Source: Rebecca billardiae RCC1528
Taxonomy: Eukaryota > Protista > Haptophyta
Assembly: GCA_965240325.2 (NCBI GenBank)
Contig: OZ251227.1
Span: 1,426,001 to 1,490,000 of the forward strand
Length of the DNA: 64,000 nucleotides
Direction of reading: 5' to 3'
The notes below the pieces were generated by a model. The model worked only from the letters and a program-made list of their open reading frames with translations. It did not search any database and was not told the DNA's origin. This document shows, in pieces, positions 37,189 to 48,549 of this stretch. Position 1 is the first letter of the stretch; each line of letters opens with the position of its first letter. Both the position numbers and the translations under genes were made by a program.

Positions 37189-39402
37189 CGGCGGCGGCGA
37201 GGGCGGCGGTGGCGGTGGCGGAGACGGCGGCGGCGGGCTCGGCGGTGGCGACGGCGGCGGTGATGGCGGCGGCGGCGGAGGTGGACTCGGCGGCGGTGGC
37301 GATGGCGGCGGCGACGGCGGCGGCGATGGCGGCGGTGGCGGTGGCGGAGACGGCGGTGGCGGACTGGGTGGTGGGGATGGCGGAGGCGATGGCGGCGGCG
37401 GAGGTGGCGGGCTCGGCGGTGGTGGCGACGGCGGCGGCGATGGCGGCGGTGGCGGCGGCGGAGACGGCGGTGGTGGCGACGGCGGTGGCGATGGCGGCGG
37501 TGGCGGAGGTGGACTCGGCGGCGGTGGCGACGGCGACGGCGATGGCGGCGGTGGCGGTGGCGGAGACGGTGGCGGTGGCGACGGCGGCGGCGATGGCGGC
37601 GGTGGCGGTGGCGGGCTCGGCGGTGGTGGCGACGGCGGCGGCGATGGCGGCGGTGGCGGAGGTGGACTCGGCGGCGGCGGCGACGGCGGAGGCGATGGCG
37701 GCGGTGGCGGTGGCGGGCTCGGCGGTGGTGGCGACGGCGGCGGCGATGGCGGCGGTGGCGGAGGTGGACTGGGCGGCGGTGGCGACGGCGGCGGCAATGG
37801 TGGCGGTGGCGGCGGCGGAGACGGCGGTGGTGGCGACGGCGGCGGCGATGGTGGCGGTGGCGGCGGCGGAGACGGCGGTGGTGGCGACGGCGGCGGCGAT
37901 GGCGGCGGTGGCGGCGGCGGAGACGGCGGTGGTGGCGACGGCGGTGGCGATGGCGGCGGTGGCGGTGGCCGGCTCGGCGGCGGTGGCGACGGCGGCGGCG
38001 ATGGCGGCGGTGGCGGTGGCGGAGACGGCGGTGGTGGCGACGGCGGCGGCGATGGCGGCGGTGGCGGTGGCGGGCTCGGCGGTGGTGGCGACGGCGGCGG
38101 CGATGGCGGCGGTGGCGGAGGTGGACTCGGCGGCGGCGGCGACGGCGGAGGCGATGGCGGCGGTGGCGGTGGCGGGCTCGGCGGTGGTGGCGACGGCGGC
38201 GGCGATGGCGGCGGTGGCGGAGGTGGACTGGGCGGCGGTGGCGACGGCGGCGGCAATGGTGGCGGTGGCGGCGGCGGAGACGGCGGTGGTGGCGACGGCG
38301 GCGGCGATGGTGGCGGTGGCGGCGGCGGAGACGGCGGTGGTGGCGACGGCGGCGGCGATGGCGGCGGTGGCGGTGGCGGAGACGGCGGTGGTGGCGACGG
38401 CGGCGGCGATGGCGGCGGTGGCGGTGGCGGGCTCGGCGGTGGTGGCGACGGCGGCGGCGATGGCGGCGGTGGCGGAGGTGGACTCGGCGGCGGCGGCGAC
38501 GGCGGAGGCGATGGCGGCGGTGGCGGTGGCGGAGACGGCGGTGGTGGCGACGGCGGCGGCGATGGCGGCGGTGGCGGTGGCGGGCTCGGCGGTGGTGGCG
38601 ACGGCGGCGGCGATGGCGGCGGTCGCGGAGGTGGACTCGGCGGCGGCGGCGACGGCGGAGGCGATGGCGGCGGTGGCGGTGGCGGGCTCGGCGGTGGTGG
38701 CGACGGCGGCGGCGATGGCGGCGGTGGCGGTGGCGGGCTCGGCGGTGGTGGCGACGGCGGCGGCGATGGTGGCGGTGGCGGCGGCGGAGATGGCGGTGGT
38801 GGCGACGGCGGCGGCGATGGTGGCGGTGGCGGCGGCGGAGACGGAGGTGGCGGGCTCGGTGGTGGGGATGGCGGAGGCGATGGCGGAGGCGGAGGTGGCG
38901 GGCTCGGCGGAGGTGGGCTCGGCGGCGGGCTCGGTGGCGGTGGCGGAGGTGGCGGTGGCGGCGGGCTCGGCGGCGGCGACGGTGGCGATGGCGGGTCCTG
39001 CGGCGGTGGCGACGGTGGCGGCAGCGGCGAGCACACCCACTCCGACTCCCACAACGATGCAGACGGGCGCGGGTAGAGCGTGAACGGGTCCGGGCAGCAG
39101 TAGCACTCGCCCGTGTCCGCCCAGAAGCTGAACACCGAGCACGCGCTGTACAGCGCGGCAGCGCACTCGTCCTCGTCACGCGCACCCACCACGTCAGGCA
39201 CACTCGACAGGCGGCGCGGCCGGGGAGGCCCCGCCTTGTCGTCCGGCACACACGAGTAGCCCGTCGGAGGACCGCCCGAGTACGCAGTCGCCTGAACCGC
39301 GCCATTGCCGTTGCAAGGCGGAGGTGGCGCGGGTGGCAACGACGGCGGTGGTGGGCTCGGTGGCGGGGAGGGCGGTGGTGGCGATGGCGGCGGCGAGGGC
39401 GG

Positions 39403-39435
<33 letters not shown>

Positions 39436-39693
39436 CGGTGGCGGCGACGGCGGCGGTGATGGCGGCGGCGGCGGAGGCGGGCTTGGCGGCGGTGGCGATG
39501 GCGGCGGCGATGGCGGCGGTGGTGGTGGCGGAGACGGCGGTGGCGGGCTCGGTGGTGGCGACGGCGGAGGCGATGGCGGCGGCGGCGGAGGCGGGCTCGG
39601 TGGCGGCGGGCTGGGTGGCGGCGAGGGCGGCGGTGGCGGAGGCGGAGACGGCGGTGGCGGGCTCGGTGGTGGGGATGGCGGAGGTGATGGCGG

Positions 39694-39726
<33 letters not shown>

Positions 39727-40161
39727 CGGCGGCGGCGAGGGCGGCGGTGGCGGTGGCGGAGACGGCGGCGGCGGGCTCGGCGGTGGCGACGGCGGCGGTG
39801 ATGGCGGCGGCGGCGGAGGTGGACTCGGCGGCGGTGGCGATGGCGGCGGCGACGGCGGCGGCGATGGCGGCGGTGGCGGTGGCGGAGACGGCGGTGGCGG
39901 ACTGGGTGGTGGGGATGGCGGAGGCGATGGCGGCGGCGGAGGTGGCGGGCTCGGCGGTGGTGGCGACGGCGGCGGCGATGGCGGCGGTGGCGGTGGCGGA
40001 GACGGCGGCGGCGGACTGGGTGGTGGGGATGGCGGAGGCGATGGCGGCGGCGGCGGAGGCGGGCTCGGCGGCGGTGGGCTGGGTGGCGGCGAGGGCGGCG
40101 GCGGCGGAGGCGGAGACGGCGGTGGCGGGCTCGGCGGTGGCGATGGCGGCGGTGATGGCGG

Positions 40162-40194
<33 letters not shown>

Positions 40195-42510
40195 CGGTGG
40201 CGGCGACGGCGGCGGCGGCGGTGGCGGAGACGGCGGTGGCGGGCTCGGTGGTGGGGATGGCGGAGGCGATGGCGGCGGCGGCGGTGGCGGGCTCGGCGGT
40301 GGCGATGGCGGCGGTGAGGGCGGCGGCGGCGGAGGCGGGCTTGGCGGTGGCGGGCTCGGAGGCGGCGACGGTGGTGGCGGTGGCGGCGAGCTCGGCGGCG
40401 GCGTCGACGGAGGCGGCGATGGCTGTGGGGGCGGCGGCGATGACGGCGGCGGTGGGCTCGGTGGCGGGCTCGGAGGCGGTGATGGCGGCGGCGGCGGAGG
40501 TGGACTCGGCGGTGGTGGCGACGGCGGCGGCGATGGCGGCGGTGGCGGTGGCGGGCTCGGCGGTGGTGGCGACGGCGGCGGTGATGGCGGCGGTGGCGGA
40601 GGTGGACTCGGCGGCGGCGGCGATGGCGGCGGCGATGGCGGCGGCGGCGGTGGCGGAAACGGCGGTGGCGGACTGGGTGGTAGGGATGGCGGAGGCGATG
40701 GCGGCGGCGGCGGAGGCGGGCTCGGAGGCGGCGGGCTCGGCGGCGGCGAAGGCGGCGGCGGCGGAGGCGGAGACGGCGGCGGAGGGCTCGGTGGTGGCGA
40801 CGGTGGCGGTGATGGTGGCGGCGGCGGTGGCGGGCTCGGTGGCGGTGGGCTCGGTGGCGGCGACGGCGGCGGCGGCGGTGGCGGAAACGGCGGTGGCGGA
40901 CTGGGTGGTGGGGATGGCGGAGGCGATGGCGGCGGCGGCGGAGGCGGGCTCGGAGGCGGCGGGCTCGGCGGCGGCGAAGGCGGCGGCGGCGGAGGCGGAG
41001 ACGGCGGCGGAGGGCTCGGTGGTGGCGACGGTGGCGGTGATGGTGGCGGCGGCGGTGGCGGGCTAGGTGGCGGTGGGCTCGGTGGTGGCAATGGCGGCGG
41101 CGGCGGTGGCGGAGACGGCGGCGGCGGGCTCGGCGGTGGCGATGGCGGCGGTGAGGGCGGCGGCGGCGGAGGCGGGCTTGGCGGCGGTGGCGATGGCGGC
41201 GGCGACGGCGGCGGCGGCGGTGGCGGAAACGGCGGTGGCGGACTGGGTGGTGGGGATGGCGGAGGCGACGGCGGCGGCGGCGGAGGCGGGCTCGGAGGCG
41301 GCGGGCTCGGCGGCGGTGAAGGCGGCGGCGGCGGTGGCGGAGACGGCGGCGGAGGGCTCGGTGGTGGCGACGGTGGCGGTGATGGTGGCGGCGGCGGTGG
41401 CGGGCTAGGTGGCGGTGGGCTCGGTGGTGGCAATGGCGGCGGCGGCGGTGGCGGAGACGGCGGCGGCGGGCTCGGCGGTGGCGATGGCGGCGGTGAGGGC
41501 GGCGGCGGCGGAGGCGGGCTTGGCGGCGGTGGGCTCGGTGGCGGCGACGGCGGCGGTGGCGGTGGCGGAGACGGCGGTGGCGGGCTCGGCGGTGGCGATG
41601 GCGGAGGCGATGGCGGCGGCGGCGGAGGCGAGCTCGGCGGCGGCGGCGACGGAGGCGGCGATGGCTGTGGGGGCGGCGGCGATGACGGCGGCGGTGGGCT
41701 CGGTGGCGGGCTCGGAGGCGGTGATGGCGGCGGTGGCGGCGGCGAGCTGGGGGGCGGCGGCGATGGCGGTGGGCGTGGCGGTGGTGGCGGCGGCGGACTT
41801 GGCGGTGGCGGGCTGGGCGGCGGGCTCGGCGGTGGCGACGGCGGCGGCGGTGGCGGCGAGCTCGGCGGCGGCGGCGACGGAGGCGGCGATGGCTGTGGGG
41901 GCGGCGGCGATGACGGCGGCGGTGGGCTCGGTGGCGGGCTCGGAGGCGGCGACGGCGGCGGTGGCGGCGGCGAGCTCGGTGGCGGCGGCGATGGCGGTGG
42001 GCTTGGTGGTGGTGGCGGCGGCGGACTTGGCGGTGGCGGGCTGGGCGGCGGGCTCGGAGGCGGCGACGGTGGTGGCGGTGGCGGCGAGCTCGGCGGCGGC
42101 GGCGACGGAGGCGGCGATGGCTGTGGGGGCGGCGGCGATGACGGCGGCGGTGGGCTCGGTGGCGGGCTCGGAGGCGGCGACGGCGGCGGTGGCGGCGGCG
42201 AGCTCGGTGGCGGCGGCGATGGCGGTGGGCTTGGTGGTGGTGGCGGCGGCGGACTTGGCGGTGGCGGGCTGGGCGGCGGGCTCGGAGGCGGCGACGGTGG
42301 TGGCGGTGGCGGCGAGCTCGGCGGCGGCGGCGACGGAGGCGGCGATGGCTGTGGGGGCGGCGGCGATGACGGCGGCGGTGGGCTCGGTGGCGGGCTCGGA
42401 GGCGGTGATGGCGGGGGCGGCGGCGGCGAGCTGGGGGGCGGCGGCGATGGCGGGGGCGATGGAGGCGGTGGCGGCGGCGGACTTGGCGGTGGCGGGCTGG
42501 GCGGCGGGCT

Positions 42511-42542
<32 letters not shown>

Positions 42543-43080
42543 AGCTGGGCGGTGGTGGCGATGGCGGTGGCGATGGTGGCGGTGGTGGCGGCGGACTTGG
42601 CGGTGGCGGGCTGGGCGGCGGGCTCGGAGGCGGCGACGGTGGTGGCGGTGGCGGCGAGCTCGGCGGCGGCGGCGACGGAGGCGGCGATGGCTGTGGGGGC
42701 GGCGGCGATGACGGCGGCGGTGGGCTCGGTGGCGGGCTCGGAGGCGGCGACGGCGGCGGTGGCGGCGGCGAGCTCGGTGGCGGCGGCGATGGCGGTGGGC
42801 TTGGTGGTGGTGGCGGCGGCGGACTTGGCGGTGGCGGGCTGGGCGGCGGGCTCGGAGGCGGCGACGGTGGTGGCGGTGGCGGCGAGCTCGGCGGCGGCGG
42901 CGACGGAGGCGGCGATGGCTGTGGGGGCGGCGGCGATGACGGCGGCGGTGGGCTCGGTGGCGGGCTCGGAGGCGGTGATGGCGGGGGCGGCGGCGGCGAG
43001 CTGGGGGGCGGCGGCGATGGCGGGGGCGATGGAGGCGGTGGCGGCGGCGGACTTGGCGGTGGCGGGCTGGGCGGCGGGCT

Positions 43081-43112
<32 letters not shown>

Positions 43113-44448
43113 AGCTGGGCGGTGGTGGCGATGGCGGTGGCGATGGTGGCGGTGGTGGCGGCGGACTTGGCGGTGGCGGGCTGGGCGGCGGGCTCGGAGG
43201 CGGCGACGGTGGTGGCGGTGGCGGCGAGCTCGGCGGCGGCGGCGACGGAGGCGGCGATGGCTGTGGGGGCGGCGGCGATGACGGCGGCGGTGGGCTCGGT
43301 GGCGGGCTCGGAGGCGGCGACGGCGGCGGTGGCGGCGGCGAGCTCGGTGGCGGCGGCGATGGCGGTGGGCTTGGTGGTGGTGGCGGCGGCGGACTTGGCG
43401 GTGGCGGGCTGGGCGGCGGGCTCGGAGGCGGCGACGGTGGTGGCGGTGGCGGCGAGCTCGGCGGCGGCGGCGACGGAGGCGGCGATGGCTGTGGGGGCGG
43501 CGGCGATGACGGCGGCGGTGGGCTCGGTGGCGGGCTCGGAGGCGGTGATGGCGGCGGTGGCGGCGGCGAGCTCGGTGGCGGCGGCGATGGCGGTGGGCTC
43601 GGTGGTGGTGGCGGCGGCGGACGTGGCGGTGGCGGGCTGGGCGGCGGGCTCGGAGGTGGCGACGGTGGTGGCGGTGGCGGCGAGCTCGGCGGCGGCGGCG
43701 ACGGAGGCGGCGATGGCTGTGGGGGCGGCGGCGATGACGGCGGCGGTGGGCTCGGCGGCGGGCTCGGAGGCGGCGACGGCGGGGGCGGCGGCGGCGAGCT
43801 GGGGGGCGGCGGCGATGGCGGGGGCGATGGAGGCGGTGGCGGCGGCGGACTTGGCGGTGGCGGGCTGGGCGGCGGGCTCGGAGGCGGCGACGGTGGTGGC
43901 GGTGGCGGCGAGCTCGGCGGCGGCGGCGACGGAGGCGGCGATGGCTGTGGGGGCGGCGGCGATGATGGCGGCGGTGGGCTCGGTGGCGGGCTCGGAGGCG
44001 GCGACGGCGGCGGTGGCGGCGGCGAGCTCGGTGGCGGCGGCGACGGAGGCGGCGATGGCTGTGGGGGCGGCGGCGATGACGGCGGCGGTGGGCTCGGTGG
44101 CGGGCTCGGAGGCGGTGATGGCGGCGGTGGCGGCGGCGAGCTCGGTGGCGGCGGCGATGGCGGTGGGCTCGGTGGTGGTGGCGGCGGCGGACTTGGCGGT
44201 GGCGGGCTGGGCGGCGGGCTCGGATGCGGCGACGGTGGTGGCGGTGGCGGCGAGCTCGGCGGCGGCGGCGACGGAGGCGGCGATGGCTGTGGGGGCGGCG
44301 GCGATGACGGCGGCGGTGGGCTCGGTGGCGGGCTCGGAGGCGGTGATGGCGGGGGCGGCGGCGGCGAGCTGGGGGGCGGCGGCGATGGCGGGGGCGATGG
44401 AGGCGGTGGCGGCGGCGGACTTGGCGGTGGCGGGCTGGGCGGCGGGCT

Positions 44449-44480
<32 letters not shown>

Positions 44481-44790
44481 AGCTGGGCGGTGGTGGCGAT
44501 GGCGGTGGCGATGGTGGCGGTGGTGGCGGCGGACTTGGCGGTGGCGGGCTGGGCGGCGGGCTCGGAGGCGGCGACGGTGGTGGCGGTGGCGGCGAGCTCG
44601 GCGGCGGCGGCGACGGAGGCGGCGATGGCTGTGGGGGCGGCGGCGATGACGGCGGCGGTGGGCTCGGTGGCGGGCTCGGAGGCGGTGATGGCGGGGGCGG
44701 CGGCGGCGAGCTGGGGGGCGGCGGCGATGGCGGGGGCGATGGAGGCGGTGGCGGCGGCGGACTTGGCGGTGGCGGGCTGGGCGGCGGGCT

Positions 44791-44822
<32 letters not shown>

Positions 44823-45132
44823 AGCTGGGCGGTGGTGGCGATGGCGGTGGCGATGGTGGCGGTGGTGGCGGCGGACTTGGCGGTGGCGGGCTGGGCGGCG
44901 GGCTCGGAGGCGGCGACGGTGGTGGCGGTGGCGGCGAGCTCGGCGGCGGCGGCGACGGAGGCGGCGATGGCTGTGGGGGCGGCGGCGATGACGGCGGCGG
45001 TGGGCTCGGTGGCGGGCTCGGAGGCGGTGATGGCGGGGGCGGCGGCGGCGAGCTGGGGGGCGGCGGCGATGGCGGGGGCGATGGAGGCGGTGGCGGCGGC
45101 GGACTTGGCGGTGGCGGGCTGGGCGGCGGGCT

Positions 45133-45164
<32 letters not shown>

Positions 45165-46158
45165 AGCTGGGCGGTGGTGGCGATGGCGGTGGCGATGGTG
45201 GCGGTGGTGGCGGCGGACTTGGCGGTGGCGGGCTGGGCGGCGGGCTCGGAGGCGGCGACGGTGGTGGCGGTGGCGGCGAGCTCGGCGGCGGCGGCGACGG
45301 AGGCGGCGATGGCTGTGGGGGCGGCGGCGATGACGGCGGCGGTGGGCTCGGTGGCGGGCTCGGAGGCGGCGACGGCGGCGGCGGTGGCGGCGAGCTCGGC
45401 GGCGGCGGCGACGGAGGCGGCGATGGCTGTGGGGGCGGCGGCGATGACGGCGGCGGTGGGCTCGGTGGCGGGCTCGGAGGCGGCGACGGCGGCGGTGGCG
45501 GCGGCGAGCTCGGTGGCGGCGGCGATGGCGGTGGGCTTGGTGGTGGTGGCGGCGGCGGACTTGGCGGTGGCGGGCTGGGCGGCGGGCTCGGAGGCGGCGA
45601 CGGTGGTGGCGGTGGCGGCGAGCTCGGCGGCGGCGGCGACGGAGGCGGCGATGGCTGTGGGGGCGGCGGTGATGACGGCGGCGGTGGGCTCGGTGGCGGG
45701 CTCGGAGGCGGTGATGGCGGCGGTGGCGGCGGCGAGCTCGGTGGCGGCGGCGACGGAGGCGGCGATGGCTGTGGGGGCGGCGGCGATGACGGCGGCGGTG
45801 GGCTCGGTGGCGGGCTCGGAGGCGGTGATGGCGGCGGTGGCGGCGGCGAGCTCGGTGGCGGCGGCGATGGCGGTGGGCTTGGTGGTGGTGGCGGCGGCGG
45901 ACTTGGCGGTGGCGGGCTGGGCGGCGGGCTCGGAGGCTGCGACGGTGGTGGCGGTGGCGGCGAGCTTGGCGGCGGCGGCGACGGAGGCGGCGATGGCTGT
46001 GGGGGCGGCGGCGATGACGGCGGCGGTGGGCTCGGTGGCGGGCTCGGAGGCGGTGATGGCGGCGGTGGCGGCGGCGAGCTCGGTGGCGGCGGCGATGGCG
46101 GTGGGCTCGGTGGTGGTGGCGGCGGCGGACTTGGCGGTGGCGGGCTGGGTGGCGGGCT

Positions 46159-46190
<32 letters not shown>

Positions 46191-47251
46191 AGCTGGGCGG
46201 TGGTGGCGATGGCGGTGGCGAAGGTGGCGGTGGCGGCGGCGGACTTGGCGGTGGCGGACTGGGCGGCGAGCTCGGAGGCGGTGATGGCGGCGGTGGTGGC
46301 GGCGAGCTCGGCGGCGGCGGCGATGGCGGTGGGCTCGGTGGTGGTGGCGGCGGCGGAGACGGCGGCGGTGGGCTCGGTGGCGGGCTCGGCGGTGGCGACG
46401 GCGGCGGTGGGCTCGGTGGTGGTGGCGGCGGCGGACTTGGCGGTGGCGGGCTGGGCGGCGGGCTCGGAGGTGGCGACGGTGGTGGCGGCGGAGGCGAGCT
46501 CGGCGGCGGCGGCGACGGAGGCGGCGATGGCTGTGGGGGCGGCGGCGATGACGGCGGCGGTGGGCTCGGTGGCGGGCTCGGAGGCGGTGATGGCGGCGGT
46601 GGCGGCGGCGAGCTCGGTGGCGGCGGCGATGGCGGTGGGCTCGGTGGTGGTGGCGGATGTGGGCTCGGCGGTGGCGGGCTCGGCGGCGGGCTCGGCGGCG
46701 GGCTTGGTGGCGGCGGAGGCGGCGAGCTCGGTGGCGGTCGCGCCAGCGGTTGGGGTGGCGGCGGGCTTGGTGGTGGTGGCGGCGGCGAGCTTGGTGGCGG
46801 CGAGCTCGGTGGCGGTTGCGCCGGCGGTTGGGGCGGCGGCGGGCTCGGCGGCGGTGGCGGCGGCGGTGGCGGCGGCGAGCTCGGTGGCGACGATGGCGGC
46901 GGCGGCGGCGGCGAGGGGGGAGACGGTGGCGGTCGCACGGGCGGTGGCGGCGGCGGTGGGCTTGGAGGCGGCGGAGGCGAAGCTGGCGAGTCACACGCAT
47001 CACACGCGATCGTCGCTTCCGCATCGGTGCACATGTCAAAGCCACCGTCGTCGTCGTCGTCGTCGTCATCACCGCTGAGCCGGCGGCGGCGATGGTCGAG
47101 GCGGCGGCGCTCACCGTCGCCGCCAAGCCCGTCCGGCCGATCCTCCGAGCGGCGCAGCCAGGCCGGTGCACCTGCGCGCGCCGGCATGGTCGCGAGGCGG
47201 CGGCGCGCGCGGCGGTCCTGCCCTCCACCGGTGTGGCAGTCATCGTCGACA

Positions 47252-47284
<33 letters not shown>

Positions 47285-48549
47285 GAGGTCAGCTGGCGTC
47301 GCCCAGCAGCTTCGAGCGCCACGGTCCCCGCGTCATTCCCCGCGGCGCCGCGCGCCAGGCTCAGCATCCGGCGCGCGCGCCGCCGGTCGGAGCCGTCCTC
47401 GGCGCCGTCATCGAGGCAGCCCGGCTCGACGCTGCCCCAGAGCTCGACAGCGGCGCACGCGCCGACGGGGGCGTCGTTGGCGGCGAAGGTGTTGCAGCGC
47501 AGCCGCAGGCAGCCCTCCGACAGAAGGATCGCGCCACCGCCGAGCTCCGCCTCGTTCCCGCGGAAGGCGCTCATGGCGACCCGCAGCGTGCTCCACTCGG
47601 CCGCGATCGCGCCGCCGTACCTGCCGGCGGTGTTGTTCTCAAACGAGCTGCGCGACACGTCGAGGGGCCGGGCGTCGTACGCGTACACGGCGGCGCCGGA
47701 GGAGGAGACGCCAAAGTGCGTGAACGCCGAGTCCTCGACGAAGACGGCGCTCCCGTAGATGTACGCAGCGCCGCCCGTGGTCGCGGCCGCGCCCGGCCAC
47801 TCCGGCCCCGCAAACGCGCAGCCTCGGCACGTCCAGCTCGAGGCGTACACGTACCACGCGCCGCCGACCTGGCCGGCGACGGAGGCGCCGAAGCTGGCCG
47901 TGTGCACGTCGAGCGTCGAGTACACGGCGTACACCGCGCCGCCCGTCCACGCCGCGACGTTGTCGTCGAAGTGGCCGCGCATCAGCAAGAGGGAGGACTC
48001 GAAGACGCATGCCGCCGCACCCTGCGTCGCGCTGTTGCCGCGGAATTCGCAGTCCTCGAGCGTCGCCGTCGACTGGTAGATGAGCGCGCCGCCGCCGTCA
48101 GACACGCCGCCGTTGTCGTAGAAGGTGCAGTTGCTCAGCGTGGCGCTCGACCTGTACACCTTGAGCGCGCCGCCCTGGCTTGCGTCCTGGAAGCGAAGGC
48201 GGTGGAGAGAGAGCCGCGCGGCGTGGTCGGCCTTCATCAGCCGGCCAGCGAGGCTCGGCCCCGGCGTGAGCACCGCCGGCGCGCTCGTGTTCGCGCACGC
48301 GACCGTCACGTCGTCCTTGTCCACGCACAGCGTGGATGCAACCTCGAACGTCGTCGGCTCGAGCACGAGCGTGTCACACGCGCGCAGGTCGGCAAACGCC
48401 GCGCTGAGCTCCGCGGTCGTGCCGATGGGCACCGTGCGACAAGCGGTGGCAGACGCACGCCCGACGGGCACGAGCAGCTGGGCAGCTGTGAGCACCAGCG
48501 CGCGGCAGAGCACGCCCTTCGGGCGTGCCGCGGAGTGGTAGCGTGCCAT
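23422..48549 (-). CDS. Giant (8375 aa) polycystin-1/REJ-GPS-like membrane protein with beta-helix head and extensin-like stalk
   Basis: Uninterrupted ORF; signal peptide; GG(A/G)-FxxN beta-helix repeats; SPn stalk; REJ-like region (ALAGGDR, LDASASADP, PINRPPFGG, PRTGHALLTRF); GPS CMWWD..W..GC..CACTHLTDF at ~26560-26673; five TM helices; IQ motif; two EF-hands. Confidence 0.85.
30250..46980 (-). repeat. 16.7-kb coding Ser-Pro(n) repeat array with distinct sub-arrays (114-, 51- and 63-bp units)
   Basis: GGCTGTGGGG spaced 228/342 bp (multiples of 114) at 41.6-46.5 kb; 51-bp unit at ~37.4-38.8 kb; 63-bp Met-containing unit at ~35.2-36.4 kb; another 63-bp unit x4 at ~34.5-34.75 kb. Confidence 0.95.
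34831..39315 (-). repeat. Three near-identical 285-bp Cys-rich modules (39031-39315, 36493-36777, 34831-35115) plus a diverged copy at 33337-33600
   Basis: CNGNGAVQ...CAAALYSACSVFSFWADTGECYCCPD...WESEWVC is identical in protein; only a few synonymous differences. Confidence 0.95.

Noticed and set aside
24344-47758. Very long Gly-rich (+) and Arg/His- or Ala-rich alternative-frame ORFs
   Set aside because: Shadows of the CCG/CCA-rich Pro array and the high GC; only the minus 8375-aa frame has coherent domains
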